64,000 nucleotides of DNA from Gammaproteobacteria bacterium (GCA_030431585.1 JAUIIQ010000001.1:7878-71877), one strand, 5' to 3'. Counted from the stretch's first letter, positions 19,794 to 31,186 are shown. The notes: a model not told the origin generated them from the letters alone. Made by a program: numbers and translations.

Positions 19794-19947
19794 GGCCGCT
19801 TTGCAGTAGGCGTGGCAAGAATGTAGTCGTACAGGAGCAGCCATGCGTCAGTGTTGATGATTTGGTATCGGCTCCTCTCGGTCACCAAACAGTGTGAATC
19901 GGCAGTAGTATCAAAATAAAACGCCGGTTCAGGGAGTTGGAAATAGA

Positions 19948-21096
19948 ATGATTCGGTATGCAGTCGTGCAGGCAATTGCGCTGTTCCTGGGTATTGCCCA
20001 TGCCAGCCTCGCCGTTGGCGCTCAGGTGGAGTATTCGCTGCAGACGCCGGGCGCGGCCCAGTCTATGTTGCTGGATGTCGCTGTTGCTGGTAAACGCCTG
20101 GTGGCCGTTGGTGAACGCGGCCATATTCTCACCTCGCAAGACCAGGGGCAGAGCTGGACCCAGGCCAAGGTGCCCACCTCAGTCATGCTAACCCGGGTTT
20201 TCTTCGTCGACGATAAAACTGGCTGGGCGGTAGGACACGATGGCAATGTGCTGCACAGCCAGGACGGCGGCCGCATCTGGGCGCTGCAACGTGATGGCCT
20301 GGCCGATCAGGCGCGGATAAACGAAACCAACGCGGGCCGCGCCCTATCACGAGTGCAGGAGCTGCAGGCGCAGTTGGCTGAGGCCGGAGACGATGGGGTA
20401 GAGGCGCTGGAAGAAGCGCTTGAGGAAGCCGAGTGGGCGTTGGAAAACGCCCGTGAAAAACTGGACATGCCGGTTTATGCCCCGCCCTTGATGGATGTCT
20501 GGTTTGCCACGCCTGAGCAGGGTTGGGCGGTAGGCGCATACGGCACTTTGCTGCGCACAGCCAACGGGGGGCGCGATTGGGCCGACTGGTCCCACTATGT
20601 CGGTAACCCCGACGAGTTACACCTGAACGGGGTGGTTGGCGATAGCGCTGGCAACGTTTACCTCGCCTCGGAGTGGGGCATGGTATTTGTCTCTACCAAT
20701 GCCGGGGAGAGCTGGCGTGTTGCCGAAACAGGCTATGACGGCAGTTTTTTTGGCGTGGTGTCCAACCCTGAAACAGGTAGCGTTTTCGCCTATGGCCTGC
20801 GGGGAACCATTTATCGTAGTGCAGATCAGGGAATGACCTGGAACGCTGTTGACGGTCTGGTGCGGGGGAGTCTTTTCGGTGCTGAGGCGGTAGCCGGTTC
20901 GGTGGTTTTTGTGGGTCAGGGAGGCATCGCTACGCTCACCGGTGATGACGGCAAGACTTTTGCGCCGATGGTGCAGCCTGTTCGAGACGGTCTGTTTGGT
21001 GTCGCCGCCATGGCCGATGGTCGGTTCGTGGCCACCGGGGAGCGCGGAACCAGGTTGCTGGATGTAACGGATGCAGGAGGTCAGGACGATGAGTAA
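19948..21096 (+). CDS. YCF48/BNR-repeat beta-propeller protein
   Basis: AVGERGHIL-S-D-G-SW, GWAVGHDG, repeated SxDxGxxW Asp-boxes; signal peptide. Confidence 0.88.
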   Translation: MIRYAVVQAIALFLGIAHASLAVGAQVEYSLQTPGAAQSMLLDVAVAGKRLVAVGERGHILTSQDQGQSWTQAKVPTSVMLTRVFFVDDKTGWAVGHDGNVLHSQDGGRIWALQRDGLADQARINETNAGRALSRVQELQAQLAEAGDDGVEALEEALEEAEWALENAREKLDMPVYAPPLMDVWFATPEQGWAVGAYGTLLRTANGGRDWADWSHYVGNPDELHLNGVVGDSAGNVYLASEWGMVFVSTNAGESWRVAETGYDGSFFGVVSNPETGSVFAYGLRGTIYRSADQGMTWNAVDGLVRGSLFGAEAVAGSVVFVGQGGIATLTGDDGKTFAPMVQPVRDGLFGVAAMADGRFVATGERGTRLLDVTDAGGQDDE

Positions 21097-23464
21097 TGTT
21101 CCGTTGCGCTACGCGGCCATGGAAGATGCCGGGTTGCCGGAAAAGTTGATATTCAGTTACCGGCCGCTACTGTTGCTGGTTTTCCTGGTGGCCACGGTTT
21201 TCCTTTCCTGGCAAGCCTATCACCTGAAGCCGGACGCCAGCTTTTCAAAACTTATTCCGCAGGGTCATCCCTTCGTTCAGAAAATGAATGAACACATGCG
21301 CGACCTGCGAGCCAGTGGCACCAGCCTGAAAGTGTCGGTTGCAGTAAAAGAAGGCGATATCTTCAACGACGAATACCTGTCCACACTCGGCCAGATCGCC
21401 GACGAGATCTTTTATATTCCCGGTGTGAATAAGAATGGCCTGAAGAGCCTCTGGAGTCCTGACGTCCGCTGGACGATGGTAACGGAAGAGGGCTTTGAGG
21501 CGGGCTCCGTCATCCCGCCAGAATACGACGGTTCCCCGGAGTCAATGGAGAGGTTGCGGCTGAACCTTACGCGCTCGGGTACTATCGGACGCATGGTGGC
21601 CAATGATTTCAAGTCCACTATTATCGAAGTGCCTGTCTACGATGTTGATCCGACTACAGGTGAGTACCTGAACTACCTCGAATTCTCCCGCGCCATGGAA
21701 AAACTGGTTCGGCAGAGTTACGAGAACGACAACATCAGCATACATATCATCGGCTTTCCGAAGATAATCGGCGATCTGCTCGAGGGTATCGGCGCGATAC
21801 TTTTGTTCGCAATTATCACCCTGGTCATTACTGCGATTCTGCTCTGGCTTTATACACGCTGCCTGAGAGCGACATTCATTCCGTTGTTAACCTCGGTGAT
21901 GGCTGTGGTCTGGCAACTGGGTTTGCTCAATCTACTCGGATTTGGCCTCAACGCTTACTCGATTCTGGTGCCTTTTTTGATCCTTGCGGTTGGCGTTAGT
22001 CACGGTGTGCAGGTCATCAATGGTATTGCCTTGAATATGCAGGATGCCGGCGAGCCTTCGCTGGCGGCGCGGCTGGCGTTCCGCTCGCTCTATATTGCCG
22101 GGATGACCGCGTTGATCAGTGACGGTGTGGGTTTTTTCACCCTGCTGGTAATCGATATTGAGGTGATACAGGAATTGGGCATCGCCGCCAGCGTCGGCGT
22201 GGCGGCAATTATCTTTACCAACCTGGTGTTGTTGCCTGTGCTGATGTCCTACATTGGTATCAGTGACAAGGGCGTGGACCACATGAAGCTCGACCCCGAC
22301 CATCGTCACCGCCTCTGGTCGAAGGTGTCCTTCTGTGCCACGCGTAACGTCGCGGCCGCGTCCATCGTCGTCGCCATTATCGGCTATGGGATAGGTTTTG
22401 TTGGCGGACAAAACCTGGCCATTGGCGACCTCGATGCGGGGGCGCCGGAGCTGCGCCCCGATTCCCGCTACAACCTGGATAACGCCTTCATTACCGATAA
22501 TTATGCGGTGAGCACCGATATTCTCGTAGTGATGGTGGAAACACCGGTGCAGGCCTGCACCCGCTATGACGTTGCCACGCTGATCGATAAGTTCGACTGG
22601 TACATGGAGAACGTTCCGGGTGTGCAGTCGGTTATTTCCCATACCGATGTGATGCGCCTGACGTCGATGGCGTTGAATGAGGGCAATCCGCGCTGGCATA
22701 TACTGTCGCGGAACCAACGCGCCCTGGATGGCTCGGCCGCCAGGGTCCCGCGAGCGCTGATGAACCTGGACTGCAGCCTGGCGACCGTGGCGATTTACCT
22801 CGATGATCATAAGGCCCAGACGCTGTCGACGGTGGTCAACGCTGTGCAGCGCTTCGAGCAGGACTACGGCAACGACCAGGTGCATTTTGGGCTCGCCGCA
22901 GGCAATGCGGGCATTGAAGCCGCTACCAACGAAGAGATATCTGTCGCGCAGAAGCAAATTCTGGGGTTGGTCTATACCGTAGTGGCCGCATTGGTATTTC
23001 TCAGTTTCCGCAGCGTGGTCGCGGTTATTTGTATTCTCGTGCCACTGGGCCTGACCTCTGCACTTTGTCAGGCGCTGATGGCGCATCTGGACATCGGTAT
23101 TAAAGTGGCGACCTTGCCTGTCGTAGCGCTGGGTGTTGGCGTTGGCGTGGACTACGGTATCTATATCTATAACCGCCTCACGTTCTACCTGAAGCAGGGT
23201 ATCCCTATGCAGGAGGCCTACTACCAGACGCTGTCGACGACCGGTCGCGCTGTGGCATTTACTGGTATTGCACTGGGTATGGGGGTGATCACCTGGATTA
23301 TGTCGCCAATCAAGTTTCAGGCCGACATGGGCATTCTGCTCACCTTCATGTTTCTGTGGAATATGGTTGGGGCGCTGTGGCTGTTGCCCGGCCTCGCCTA
23401 TTTCCTTGTACGTCCCGATCGGGAGAAAGCGCCTGACCATCCTGTAGAGATCGGTGGGCGGTAG
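21089..23464 (+). CDS. MMPL/RND-family transporter (HAE3-like)
   Basis: Two 1+5 TM repeats, AVGVSHGVQ, GVGVGVDYGIY, KFQADMG. Confidence 0.9.
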   Translation: MSNVPLRYAAMEDAGLPEKLIFSYRPLLLLVFLVATVFLSWQAYHLKPDASFSKLIPQGHPFVQKMNEHMRDLRASGTSLKVSVAVKEGDIFNDEYLSTLGQIADEIFYIPGVNKNGLKSLWSPDVRWTMVTEEGFEAGSVIPPEYDGSPESMERLRLNLTRSGTIGRMVANDFKSTIIEVPVYDVDPTTGEYLNYLEFSRAMEKLVRQSYENDNISIHIIGFPKIIGDLLEGIGAILLFAIITLVITAILLWLYTRCLRATFIPLLTSVMAVVWQLGLLNLLGFGLNAYSILVPFLILAVGVSHGVQVINGIALNMQDAGEPSLAARLAFRSLYIAGMTALISDGVGFFTLLVIDIEVIQELGIAASVGVAAIIFTNLVLLPVLMSYIGISDKGVDHMKLDPDHRHRLWSKVSFCATRNVAAASIVVAIIGYGIGFVGGQNLAIGDLDAGAPELRPDSRYNLDNAFITDNYAVSTDILVVMVETPVQACTRYDVATLIDKFDWYMENVPGVQSVISHTDVMRLTSMALNEGNPRWHILSRNQRALDGSAARVPRALMNLDCSLATVAIYLDDHKAQTLSTVVNAVQRFEQDYGNDQVHFGLAAGNAGIEAATNEEISVAQKQILGLVYTVVAALVFLSFRSVVAVICILVPLGLTSALCQALMAHLDIGIKVATLPVVALGVGVGVDYGIYIYNRLTFYLKQGIPMQEAYYQTLSTTGRAVAFTGIALGMGVITWIMSPIKFQADMGILLTFMFLWNMVGALWLLPGLAYFLVRPDREKAPDHPVEIGGR

Positions 23465-23511
23465 GCAACTGCCTGCGCCAACGCATTACAACATTGCCAA
23501 GAGGGAACGAT

Positions 23512-25149
23512 ATGTCTGCAAGAAAGCGATCAACACTGATATCTACCGCCGTCAACGCGGCGCTTGTCGCCAGCGGCATGGCAGCGGTGCCTGCCCATGC
23601 TCTGGAGTATGACTGGGGGGAATGGCTGTTCAACGTTGATACCACCCTAAGCGCCGGGGCCCAGTGGCGAACCGAGTCCATCGACAAGGACATGGCCTTC
23701 GATGAAGGTGGGTTGAACTTCAACGACGGCAACAACAACTTTGCCCCAGGCCTTGTGTCCAACAACATGAAGGCGCTTTTTGAGTTTAGTGGTGAGTATA
23801 AGGACTTCTCTTTCTTCCTGCGTGGCGATGCGCTCTATGACTGGGTCTACAATGAAAACAAGCGCGACCTGAGCGATGCGGCCTACGCAAGTTACAATAA
23901 CGGCTTACCGGCCGGCGGTAATTTGCAGCCGGGCGAGTTACCTCGCGAAACGATTGTCGAGAACGGCAGGCGTACCCGCCTGCTCGATGCCTTTGCCACC
24001 TATAATTTTGATGTCGGCGACCAGAGCGGCGCGGTTCGCTTTGGCCGCCAGGTGATCGCATGGGGTGGTTCCCGTTTTTATTCCGGTGTTAATGCCTTGC
24101 AGAACCCGATCGACGCGGTGGCAGCTCAGACTCCCGGGGTAGAGGTAAAGGAGATATTCCTGCCCACGTCGGCGATCAATCTGAAGTGGGACTTTACCGG
24201 CACCTTCAGTGCTGAGGCCTACTACAAACTGAACTGGGAGCGCTCCACGCTACCGGGGGTGGGCAGTTTCCTCAGCACCAGTGATACCACCGGTGCGGGA
24301 GCGGAGCGCGTATTGCTAGGGCCCCTGGGTGCAGCTCCCGTTATCAGTCGCATGACACCTGAGGACGATGATCAGTGGGGTTTCGCGGCGCGTTACAGCA
24401 GCTACAGCGGTTATACGTTTGAACTGGCGTATACGACCTCTCACTCCAATATTCCCGGTGCCCAGATCAAACTGGATCTAGGTGGGGGAGAGTCCTTTTT
24501 CCGTGAAGTTTATACGGAAGACATCGACGTCTGGTCAGCGAGCTTTAGCGGTAATCTCAGTGAAGCCGAGGTTTACATCGACCTCGCCTACTCCGAGAAC
24601 ATGCCTTTTGTTGACGTGAGCTCGGAGTTCACGGACGACGGCTACTTCACCCGCAGCGACGTCGTCCGCGGCCACTACTGGCAGGCCTCCGTTGGTTTCA
24701 GTGATGTGTATACCGCCCTGCCTTGGCTGTCCCCTTCCATCGCGGTGCTGGCGGAGGCACATGTGCAGGGTAACAATATTGGTGAGAGCGAGTTGATTCC
24801 GCCTCCCGCAGGGATCACTCCCCCCGGCGAACGCAACCTCAAGGTGACTGACACGGCCTGGGGCTACCAGGCCGTGGTCACGCTGCGTTATTTCTCCGTC
24901 ATCCAGGGCATGGACATGAATGTGATCGGCACGTTCAGGCACGATGTGGACGGCTATGGCAATGCCATCGGCCTCAACAACGGATTGAAAGAAGACTTGA
25001 TGACAGCCTCTATTGGTGCGACCGCCTATTACCTGACCAACTGGCAGTTTGATGCAAAGTATGCATGGTATTTCGGCAACGACGATGCCGCTGACCAGAC
25101 GCTGGACGACCGGGATAATATCTCAATCGGCGTCAAGTATCGTTTCTAA
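23512..25149 (+). CDS. DUF1302 family outer-membrane beta-barrel protein
   Basis: NDGNNNF, RFGRQVIAWG, PGVEVKEIFLP, C-terminal DRDNISIGVKYRF. Confidence 0.88.
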   Translation: MSARKRSTLISTAVNAALVASGMAAVPAHALEYDWGEWLFNVDTTLSAGAQWRTESIDKDMAFDEGGLNFNDGNNNFAPGLVSNNMKALFEFSGEYKDFSFFLRGDALYDWVYNENKRDLSDAAYASYNNGLPAGGNLQPGELPRETIVENGRRTRLLDAFATYNFDVGDQSGAVRFGRQVIAWGGSRFYSGVNALQNPIDAVAAQTPGVEVKEIFLPTSAINLKWDFTGTFSAEAYYKLNWERSTLPGVGSFLSTSDTTGAGAERVLLGPLGAAPVISRMTPEDDDQWGFAARYSSYSGYTFELAYTTSHSNIPGAQIKLDLGGGESFFREVYTEDIDVWSASFSGNLSEAEVYIDLAYSENMPFVDVSSEFTDDGYFTRSDVVRGHYWQASVGFSDVYTALPWLSPSIAVLAEAHVQGNNIGESELIPPPAGITPPGERNLKVTDTAWGYQAVVTLRYFSVIQGMDMNVIGTFRHDVDGYGNAIGLNNGLKEDLMTASIGATAYYLTNWQFDAKYAWYFGNDDAADQTLDDRDNISIGVKYRF

Positions 25150-25193
25150 TAGTCTAATATGAAAGATGAAGCTTCAAAGGAGAGTAGATAAGG

Positions 25194-26579
25194 ATGAATA
25201 GAAGACTGATTGTCCCGGCCATAACGGCGGCACTGCTGATGGCGGGTTTTGCGCAGGCAAAGGTGTCCGAAGAGGAAGCCGCGCGACTCAACGGTAAGGA
25301 CCTCAACCCCTTTGGGGGCGAGGTGTCTGGCAACGCAGACGGTTCCATACCGGCCTGGGAGCCGAAGTGGATTGATGTGCCGCCCGGCCTGGAATACGGT
25401 GGTCCCGGTGCCCCCCGTCCCGATCCCTATGCCGATGAAAAACCGCTGTTTATTGTTACGGCGGACAACTACAAGGAGCACATTGAACACTTGTCAGAGG
25501 GCCAGGTTGCTCTGTTTGAGCGCTATCCGGCATTCCAGTTGCACGTGTATCCCACGCATCGTGACTTCGGCTATCAGGAGCGCATGGCAAAGAAAGCCAA
25601 GTGGAACGCTTTAAACACCGAAGTCATTAACGAGGGTGAGGGCCTGAAGAATTACAACGGTGGCATTGCCTTTCCGATTCCACAGAATGATCGCGAGGTG
25701 CTGTGGAATATGCGTACCTCCGGTTGCTACACCACTTATAATGTTGCCTATGATGGTTATGGCGTATTTGCCAATGGCGAGCGCGCCCATGATGCAATCG
25801 ACTTCACCCAGTCCCATCCTTTTAACAACCCCGCTGATCCCGACACAGGCGTGACCGAAGCGCAGCGTGGAGACCGCTCTGTATGGACGCTCAGCTCGCG
25901 GCTGGCACCGCAGCGCACCAAGGGCCAGATGACAGTGGTAACCGGTCCGATGGACTACAAGAGTGACAAGCGTAACGCCTGGCAATACGATCCGGGAACC
26001 CGTCGCGTGCGCAAGGCGCCGGCTATCGGCTACGATAACCCGGACGGCCCTGGCGGCATGCAGACCATCGATGATCACAAGGGTTTCAATGGTCCCTTCG
26101 ACCGTTTCACATACAAGTTGCTGGGCCGCAAGGAAATATATGTACCCTTCCACAACTTCAAGTTTAATGACAATCGTATAGGCACCCTGGACGACCGGTT
26201 GACGGTCAACTTCCTCAACCCGGAGTATGTGCGCTTTGAAAAACGTCGCGTCTGGGTGGTTGAGGCTAATCTGGCATCTGGCAAGCGCCATGCCTACAAG
26301 AAACGGCGCTGGTATGTGGAGGCGGATACCTGGAATCCGGTGATGTCGGAGAATTTCGACGGCCGTGACAATCTCTGGCGAGTGGGCTTTTTCCTCACTG
26401 ATTACGAATACCAGATCGGTTGTTACGAGAGGAACACCCAGGTGTTTATGGATCTGCCGTCAGGCGGCTATGTGAGCAACTTCATTACCCTGGATCGCAG
26501 GGAAGCCGTGCATAACCTGCCGTACCTGGACAAGGACTACTTCACGCCCGCCAACCTGCGCAAGTTGGCCAAGCGTTAG
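25194..26579 (+). CDS. DUF1329 family periplasmic protein
   Basis: GNADGSIPAW, DPYADEKPLF, AWQYDPGTRRVRKAP, RRVWVVEA, FTPANLR. Confidence 0.9.
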   Translation: MNRRLIVPAITAALLMAGFAQAKVSEEEAARLNGKDLNPFGGEVSGNADGSIPAWEPKWIDVPPGLEYGGPGAPRPDPYADEKPLFIVTADNYKEHIEHLSEGQVALFERYPAFQLHVYPTHRDFGYQERMAKKAKWNALNTEVINEGEGLKNYNGGIAFPIPQNDREVLWNMRTSGCYTTYNVAYDGYGVFANGERAHDAIDFTQSHPFNNPADPDTGVTEAQRGDRSVWTLSSRLAPQRTKGQMTVVTGPMDYKSDKRNAWQYDPGTRRVRKAPAIGYDNPDGPGGMQTIDDHKGFNGPFDRFTYKLLGRKEIYVPFHNFKFNDNRIGTLDDRLTVNFLNPEYVRFEKRRVWVVEANLASGKRHAYKKRRWYVEADTWNPVMSENFDGRDNLWRVGFFLTDYEYQIGCYERNTQVFMDLPSGGYVSNFITLDRREAVHNLPYLDKDYFTPANLRKLAKR

Positions 26580-26601
26580 GCTTGATGCAACCCAGCCAAT
26601 C

Positions 26602-26632
26602 CCCACCCGCTCAGGCGGGTGGGCAGGCTTTT
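26602..26632 (+). terminator. Probable terminator after the DUF1329 gene
   Basis: CCCACCCGC-TCAG-GCGGGTGGG hairpin then a short T-run. Confidence 0.6.
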
Positions 26633-26758
26633 CTACCGCAGCCGTTGTGAAATCAGGAATGTGTAGCGAAATAACCGGGTGGTGTGGAAGGTAAGTGTGT
26701 TATAGGATTGTGTAAACGTACTGCTGACCCAGATCGGCGGACGCAGGTAGGGACAATC

Positions 26759-27412
26759 ATGACAACAACACGAAGGCAGGTTGAACTGCTCGAGAAGAAC
26801 CGTCCGCGCCAGGAAAGGGCAAAACGCACCTATGAGGGCATTCTTTCAGCGGCGGCGGAACTGTTGGTTGAGGTGGGCGTAGAGCGCATTTCCACCAATC
26901 TCATAGCCGACAGAGCGGGTATCACGGTTCCTGCTCTGTACCGGTACTTCCCCAATAAGTACGCCGTGATCAATGCGCTGGGTGCGCAGTTGATGGAGCG
27001 CCAGAATGAGGTGTTTCGGAGCTGGCTGGACAGCAACCTGCAGGAAGGAAATCCCGAGGCCCTGCTGGCCTGTATCTACGACGTGCTGAAAGCCACCTAC
27101 GACGTGACGCGTGAGCAGACCGGCGGTATCGAAATTGTGCAGGCGCTGCGGGCAGTGGCCCCCTTGCAGGAGTTGCGTTTGAGCTCACATGCGCTGGTCT
27201 CTGAGCGCTTCGCCGGTTTCCTCAGCAAGTTATTGCGGCGTCCGGTGGATGAGGCCCTGATCATCCAGGCCAGGGTGTCCATCGATATCGGCTACAGCAC
27301 CGTGGAGATGGTGCTGGAGGACGGTACGCTGCCGGTTGAGCAGGTGCTGCGCCAGGGAGCCAGAATGCTGGAGATGTACTGGCGCAACAGCGCTGGCCTG
27401 GCCGTGGGTTAG
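26759..27412 (+). CDS. TetR/AcrR family regulator
   Basis: PRQERAKRT...[26 protein letters not shown]. Confidence 0.92.
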   Translation: MTTTRRQVELLEKNRPRQERAKRTYEGILSAAAELLVEVGVERISTNLIADRAGITVPALYRYFPNKYAVINALGAQLMERQNEVFRSWLDSNLQEGNPEALLACIYDVLKATYDVTREQTGGIEIVQALRAVAPLQELRLSSHALVSERFAGFLSKLLRRPVDEALIIQARVSIDIGYSTVEMVLEDGTLPVEQVLRQGARMLEMYWRNSAGLAVG

Positions 27413-27831
27413 AGGGCGTCCACGTCCTCGGCCTGGGGGCCTTTCTCGGTCCTGGTCTCGACGAAACTTACCCGCTGCCCTTCGCGCAGCCCGCGGCGAC
27501 CCTCGCCACGAATAGAGCGAAAGTGAACGAAAATCTCCTCGCCATCGTCCTTGGTGATGAAGCCAAATCCTTTGGAAACGTTAAACCACTTCACTTCGCC
27601 CTCGTCTCTGGGGCCGGAAGCCGGGGTGTTTTCTGCGACCGATGCGCTATTTTCCAATGGCCTGCCCGGAGCGGCGACTGCAGCGGCTGGCCTGATGGAT
27701 ACCAGCAACGCGGTAATAACGGTGGCGGCGACCAGCACCGCTGGCAGTGGCACCACCGGTACGAGTGCGAGTACCGCCCAGGCCACCGCGGCAACCAACA
27801 GGCTGATGACGATCTTTCCAGCAAAATTCAT
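27409..27831 (-). CDS. Cold-shock-domain protein with two N-terminal TM helices
   Basis: Hydrophobic N-terminal about 45 aa, then [15 protein letters not shown] and IFVHFRSI. Confidence 0.88.
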   Translation of the reverse strand: MNFAGKIVISLLVAAVAWAVLALVPVVPLPAVLVAATVITALLVSIRPAAAVAAPGRPLENSASVAENTPASGPRDEGEVKWFNVSKGFGFITKDDGEEIFVHFRSIRGEGRRGLREGQRVSFVETRTEKGPQAEDVDAL

Positions 27832-27905
27832 GTTTACCTCTGTATAAATAGTAATAAGGGCAGAGTTCGCCTGAACCCGGCCCGCTGCAAACCCTCGCGG
27901 GGAGT

Positions 27906-27938
27906 TAAAAAGAGGGCGCGCCCCGCCGGGGGCGCCCC
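27906..27938 (-). terminator. Probable terminator between the two csp genes
   Basis: GCGCCCC-CGGC-GGGGCGC hairpin followed by CTCTTTTT on the minus strand. Confidence 0.5.
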
Positions 27939-28001
27939 GCCAGAGGCGCTACAAGTGCCCTCCGGTGGGCAGACTATCCGGTTGGATGAGCCGCCGGTGA
28001 A

Positions 28002-28214
28002 TTACAGTTTGTGGACGTCTTCGGCCTGCAGGCCCTTGGGGCCTTCGATCAGGTTGAACTCTACCTGTTGACCTTCATTCAGGGTGCGATAACCGTCTCC
28101 CTGGATGGAGCGGAAGTGCACGAAAACATCGTCGTCTTCTGCCTCCCGGGTGATGAAACCAAACCCTTTGGCGTTGTTGAACCACTTTACCGTGCCATTT
28201 ACACGATCACTCAT
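28002..28214 (-). CDS. Cold-shock protein (CspA family)
   Basis: [28 protein letters not shown]. Confidence 0.95.
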   Translation of the reverse strand: MSDRVNGTVKWFNNAKGFGFITREAEDDDVFVHFRSIQGDGYRTLNEGQQVEFNLIEGPKGLQAEDVHKL

Positions 28215-28307
28215 ACCACTTTCCTCGGTTTTTATAGTTTGCTTTTTATTATGCTTCAGCCAGCCAAAGCCTGCTGAAGGCGTTGAAAATGTTGCCTCCG
28301 AGCGTTG

Positions 28308-31076
28308 TTACATACTGCGGATACGCTGCTCCTGCCGCTGTAACTTTTGCAGTGCCTGTTCTATGGACTGCATTTTTTCGCGTTCTTTCTCCACTACTGC
28401 GGCCGGCGCCTTATCGACGAAACTGCTGTTACCAAGCTTGCCCTGGACGCGTTTCAACTCGCTGTTCAGCTTGTCCATTTCCCTGGTCAGCCGGCCCAGC
28501 TCTGCGTCCTTGTCGATCAGCTCGGCCATAGGCACAAGGATTTCAAGGTCGCCCACCAGGGCGGTGGCCGCAACCGGTGCCTCAGCGCTGGCATCCAGCC
28601 AGGTAATATCTTCCAGCCTGGCGAGTTTCCTGAGAGAAGGCGCGTTTTCAGCAAGCCTTCTTTGATCCTCAGCGTCACCATTTTTGAGCAGGACGGTCAG
28701 TGCCTTGCCGGGAGGGATATTCATCTCCCCACGGATGTTGCGTACACCGACTATCACACCTTTCAGCCATTCTATATCTGCGTTTGCGGCGCTGTCCATA
28801 GCGTCTCCGTCCGCCTGCGGATAGGGTTGCAGCATGATAGTGGCGCCTGACTTACCCGCCAGCGGCGCAGCTACCTGCCAGATTTCCTCGGTGATAAAGG
28901 GCATCATGGGGTGTAACAGGCGTAGCCAGGTTTCGAGAACGCGAATCAGGGTGCGGCGTGTGCCGCGTTTTGCCGCAGCACTGGCGGCCTCATCCCATAG
29001 CACCGGCTTCGACAGCTCCAGGTACCAGTCGCAGTATTCGTTCCAGATGAATTCGTACAGGGCCTGCGAGGCCAGGTCCAGCCGATAGGAGGCTATCGCG
29101 CGCGCTACTTCAGCCTCGGTGTCTTGCAGGGCGCTCACAATCCAGCGATCTGCCAGGCTGAGTTCCACGTCCAGAGAGGCATCTGTCCCGCAATCCTCCC
29201 CTTCGCAGTTCATCAGCACGTAACGGGCAGCATTCCAGATCTTGTTACAGAAATTGCGGTAACCTTCTATGCGGCCAATATCAAACTTGATATCGCGACC
29301 GGTGGAGGCGAGCGAGTAGTAGGTGAAGCGCAGGGCGTCGGTGCCGTAAGCGGCTATACCTTCTGGAAACTGGCGTCTAGTTGCCTTGTCAATCTTTGCA
29401 GCCAGCTGCGGCTGCATCATGCCTGCCGTGCGCTTGCTGACCAGGCTTTCCAGGTCAATGCCGTCAATCAGGTCGATAGGGTCAATCACATTGCCTTTTG
29501 ATTTGGACATCTTTTGCCCGTCGCTGTCACGCACCAGGCCGTGAACGTAGACGGTATGGAAAGGGACTTCCTTGCGAAAGTGCAGCGTCATCATGATCAT
29601 CCGGGCAACCCAGAAGAAAATGATGTCGAAGCCGGTAACCAGAACCGAGCTGGGGTGGAAGGTTCTCAGCTCTTCTGTGTCTTCAGGCCAGCCCAGGGTG
29701 GAAAAGGTCCACAGGGCAGAGGAGAACCAGGTGTCCAGCACGTCTTCGTCCTGTTGCAAGTGCATCTCGTCCGCCAAATGGTGCTCCGCACGCACCGCCG
29801 CCTCGGACTCGCCTACATAGACATGGCCTTTGTCGTCATACCAGGCGGGAATCCGGTGTCCCCACCAGAGTTGCCGGCTGATGCACCAGTCCTGAATGTC
29901 CCGCATCCAGGCGTAATAGGTGTTTTCCCACTGCCGGGGCACGAACTGGATGTCCCCGTTCTCCACGGCGGAGATCGCCGGTTTGGCCATCTTTCGGGCG
30001 TCTACGTACCATTGGTCGGTGAGGTAGGGCTCTATGACCACGCCGGAGCGGTCTCCCCGGGGTACTTTCAGGCTATGGTCTTCGGTTTTGGCAAGCAGGT
30101 CCAGGGCATCAAGGTCGGCGATAATCTGTTTGCGGGCTTCGAAGCGATCCATGCCAATATAAGCCTGTGGTGCTTCGTCATTGATGGCGGCATCGGCGTC
30201 GAAAATATTGATTAGCGGCAGCCCGTGTCGCTTGCCGACCTCGTAGTCGTTGAAATCATGGGCCGGTGTGATTTTCAAACAGCCGGTCCCAAATTCCCGG
30301 TCCACATAGTCATCAGCAATCACCGGGATCTGCCTGCCCGTGAGGGGCAATTCAACCATGCGACCTATGAGGTGCGAGTAGCGCTCGTCTTCCGGGTGCA
30401 CCGCAACCGCAGCGTCGCCCAGCATGGTTTCCGGCCTCGTGGTGGCCACCGTTAAATGGCCCTCGCCGCCAGCGAGCGGGTAGTTAAAGTGCCAGAGGTG
30501 CCCTTGTTCTTCCTCCGAGATCACTTCCAGGTCGGAGATGGCGGTGTGCAGTACCGGGTCCCAGTTTACCAGCCGTTTGCCGCGGTATATCAGCCCTTCG
30601 CGATAGAGCTGGATAAAGACTTCCTGCACGGCATGGGACAGGCCTTCGTCCATGGTGAACCGCTCGCGGGACCAGTCCAGCGAAGACCCGAGCCGGCGCA
30701 GCTGGCGGGTGATAGTGCCTCCGGATTGCTCCTTCCAATCCCACACTTTTTCCACAAACTTCTCTCGACCCAGCTCATGGCGGTCAATGCCTTCAGCTGC
30801 CAGCTGGCGCTCTACAACCATCTGGGTGGCGATGCCAGCGTGGTCTGTGCCCACTTGCCACAGGGTGTTGTAGCCCGACATACGGTGGTAGCGAATCAAG
30901 GCGTCCATGATCGCTTCCTGAAAACCATGGCCCATGTGCAGGCTGCCGGTGACGTTGGGCGGCGGGATCATGATGCTGTAGGCCCGGTCACCACCCTGTG
31001 GTGCAAAATAACCCTTGGCTTCCCACTCTTCATACCAGCGGGTTTCGATATCAGCAGGTTGGAACGTTTTATCCAT
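28308..31076 (-). CDS. valS: Valine--tRNA ligase
   Basis: [34 protein letters not shown]-terminal coiled coil. Confidence 0.99.
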   Translation of the reverse strand: MDKTFQPADIETRWYEEWEAKGYFAPQGGDRAYSIMIPPPNVTGSLHMGHGFQEAIMDALIRYHRMSGYNTLWQVGTDHAGIATQMVVERQLAAEGIDRHELGREKFVEKVWDWKEQSGGTITRQLRRLGSSLDWSRERFTMDEGLSHAVQEVFIQLYREGLIYRGKRLVNWDPVLHTAISDLEVISEEEQGHLWHFNYPLAGGEGHLTVATTRPETMLGDAAVAVHPEDERYSHLIGRMVELPLTGRQIPVIADDYVDREFGTGCLKITPAHDFNDYEVGKRHGLPLINIFDADAAINDEAPQAYIGMDRFEARKQIIADLDALDLLAKTEDHSLKVPRGDRSGVVIEPYLTDQWYVDARKMAKPAISAVENGDIQFVPRQWENTYYAWMRDIQDWCISRQLWWGHRIPAWYDDKGHVYVGESEAAVRAEHHLADEMHLQQDEDVLDTWFSSALWTFSTLGWPEDTEELRTFHPSSVLVTGFDIIFFWVARMIMMTLHFRKEVPFHTVYVHGLVRDSDGQKMSKSKGNVIDPIDLIDGIDLESLVSKRTAGMMQPQLAAKIDKATRRQFPEGIAAYGTDALRFTYYSLASTGRDIKFDIGRIEGYRNFCNKIWNAARYVLMNCEGEDCGTDASLDVELSLADRWIVSALQDTEAEVARAIASYRLDLASQALYEFIWNEYCDWYLELSKPVLWDEAASAAAKRGTRRTLIRVLETWLRLLHPMMPFITEEIWQVAAPLAGKSGATIMLQPYPQADGDAMDSAANADIEWLKGVIVGVRNIRGEMNIPPGKALTVLLKNGDAEDQRRLAENAPSLRKLARLEDITWLDASAEAPVAATALVGDLEILVPMAELIDKDAELGRLTREMDKLNSELKRVQGKLGNSSFVDKAPAAVVEKEREKMQSIEQALQKLQRQEQRIRSM

Positions 31077-31186
31077 CAGTCGGGGGGTCCGGTCCGGGTA
31101 GTCATGCAGGGGCCGCGATTATACGTCAAGAGTTGGCGCCTTTGTAGGAGCGGGCCAGTCTCTGCGCCGCTTGCTGAGTCAGCGCT

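Noticed and set aside
21932-23440. 502-aa minus-strand ORF
   Set aside because: Antisense shadow of the MMPL gene, typical of GC-rich coding DNA.
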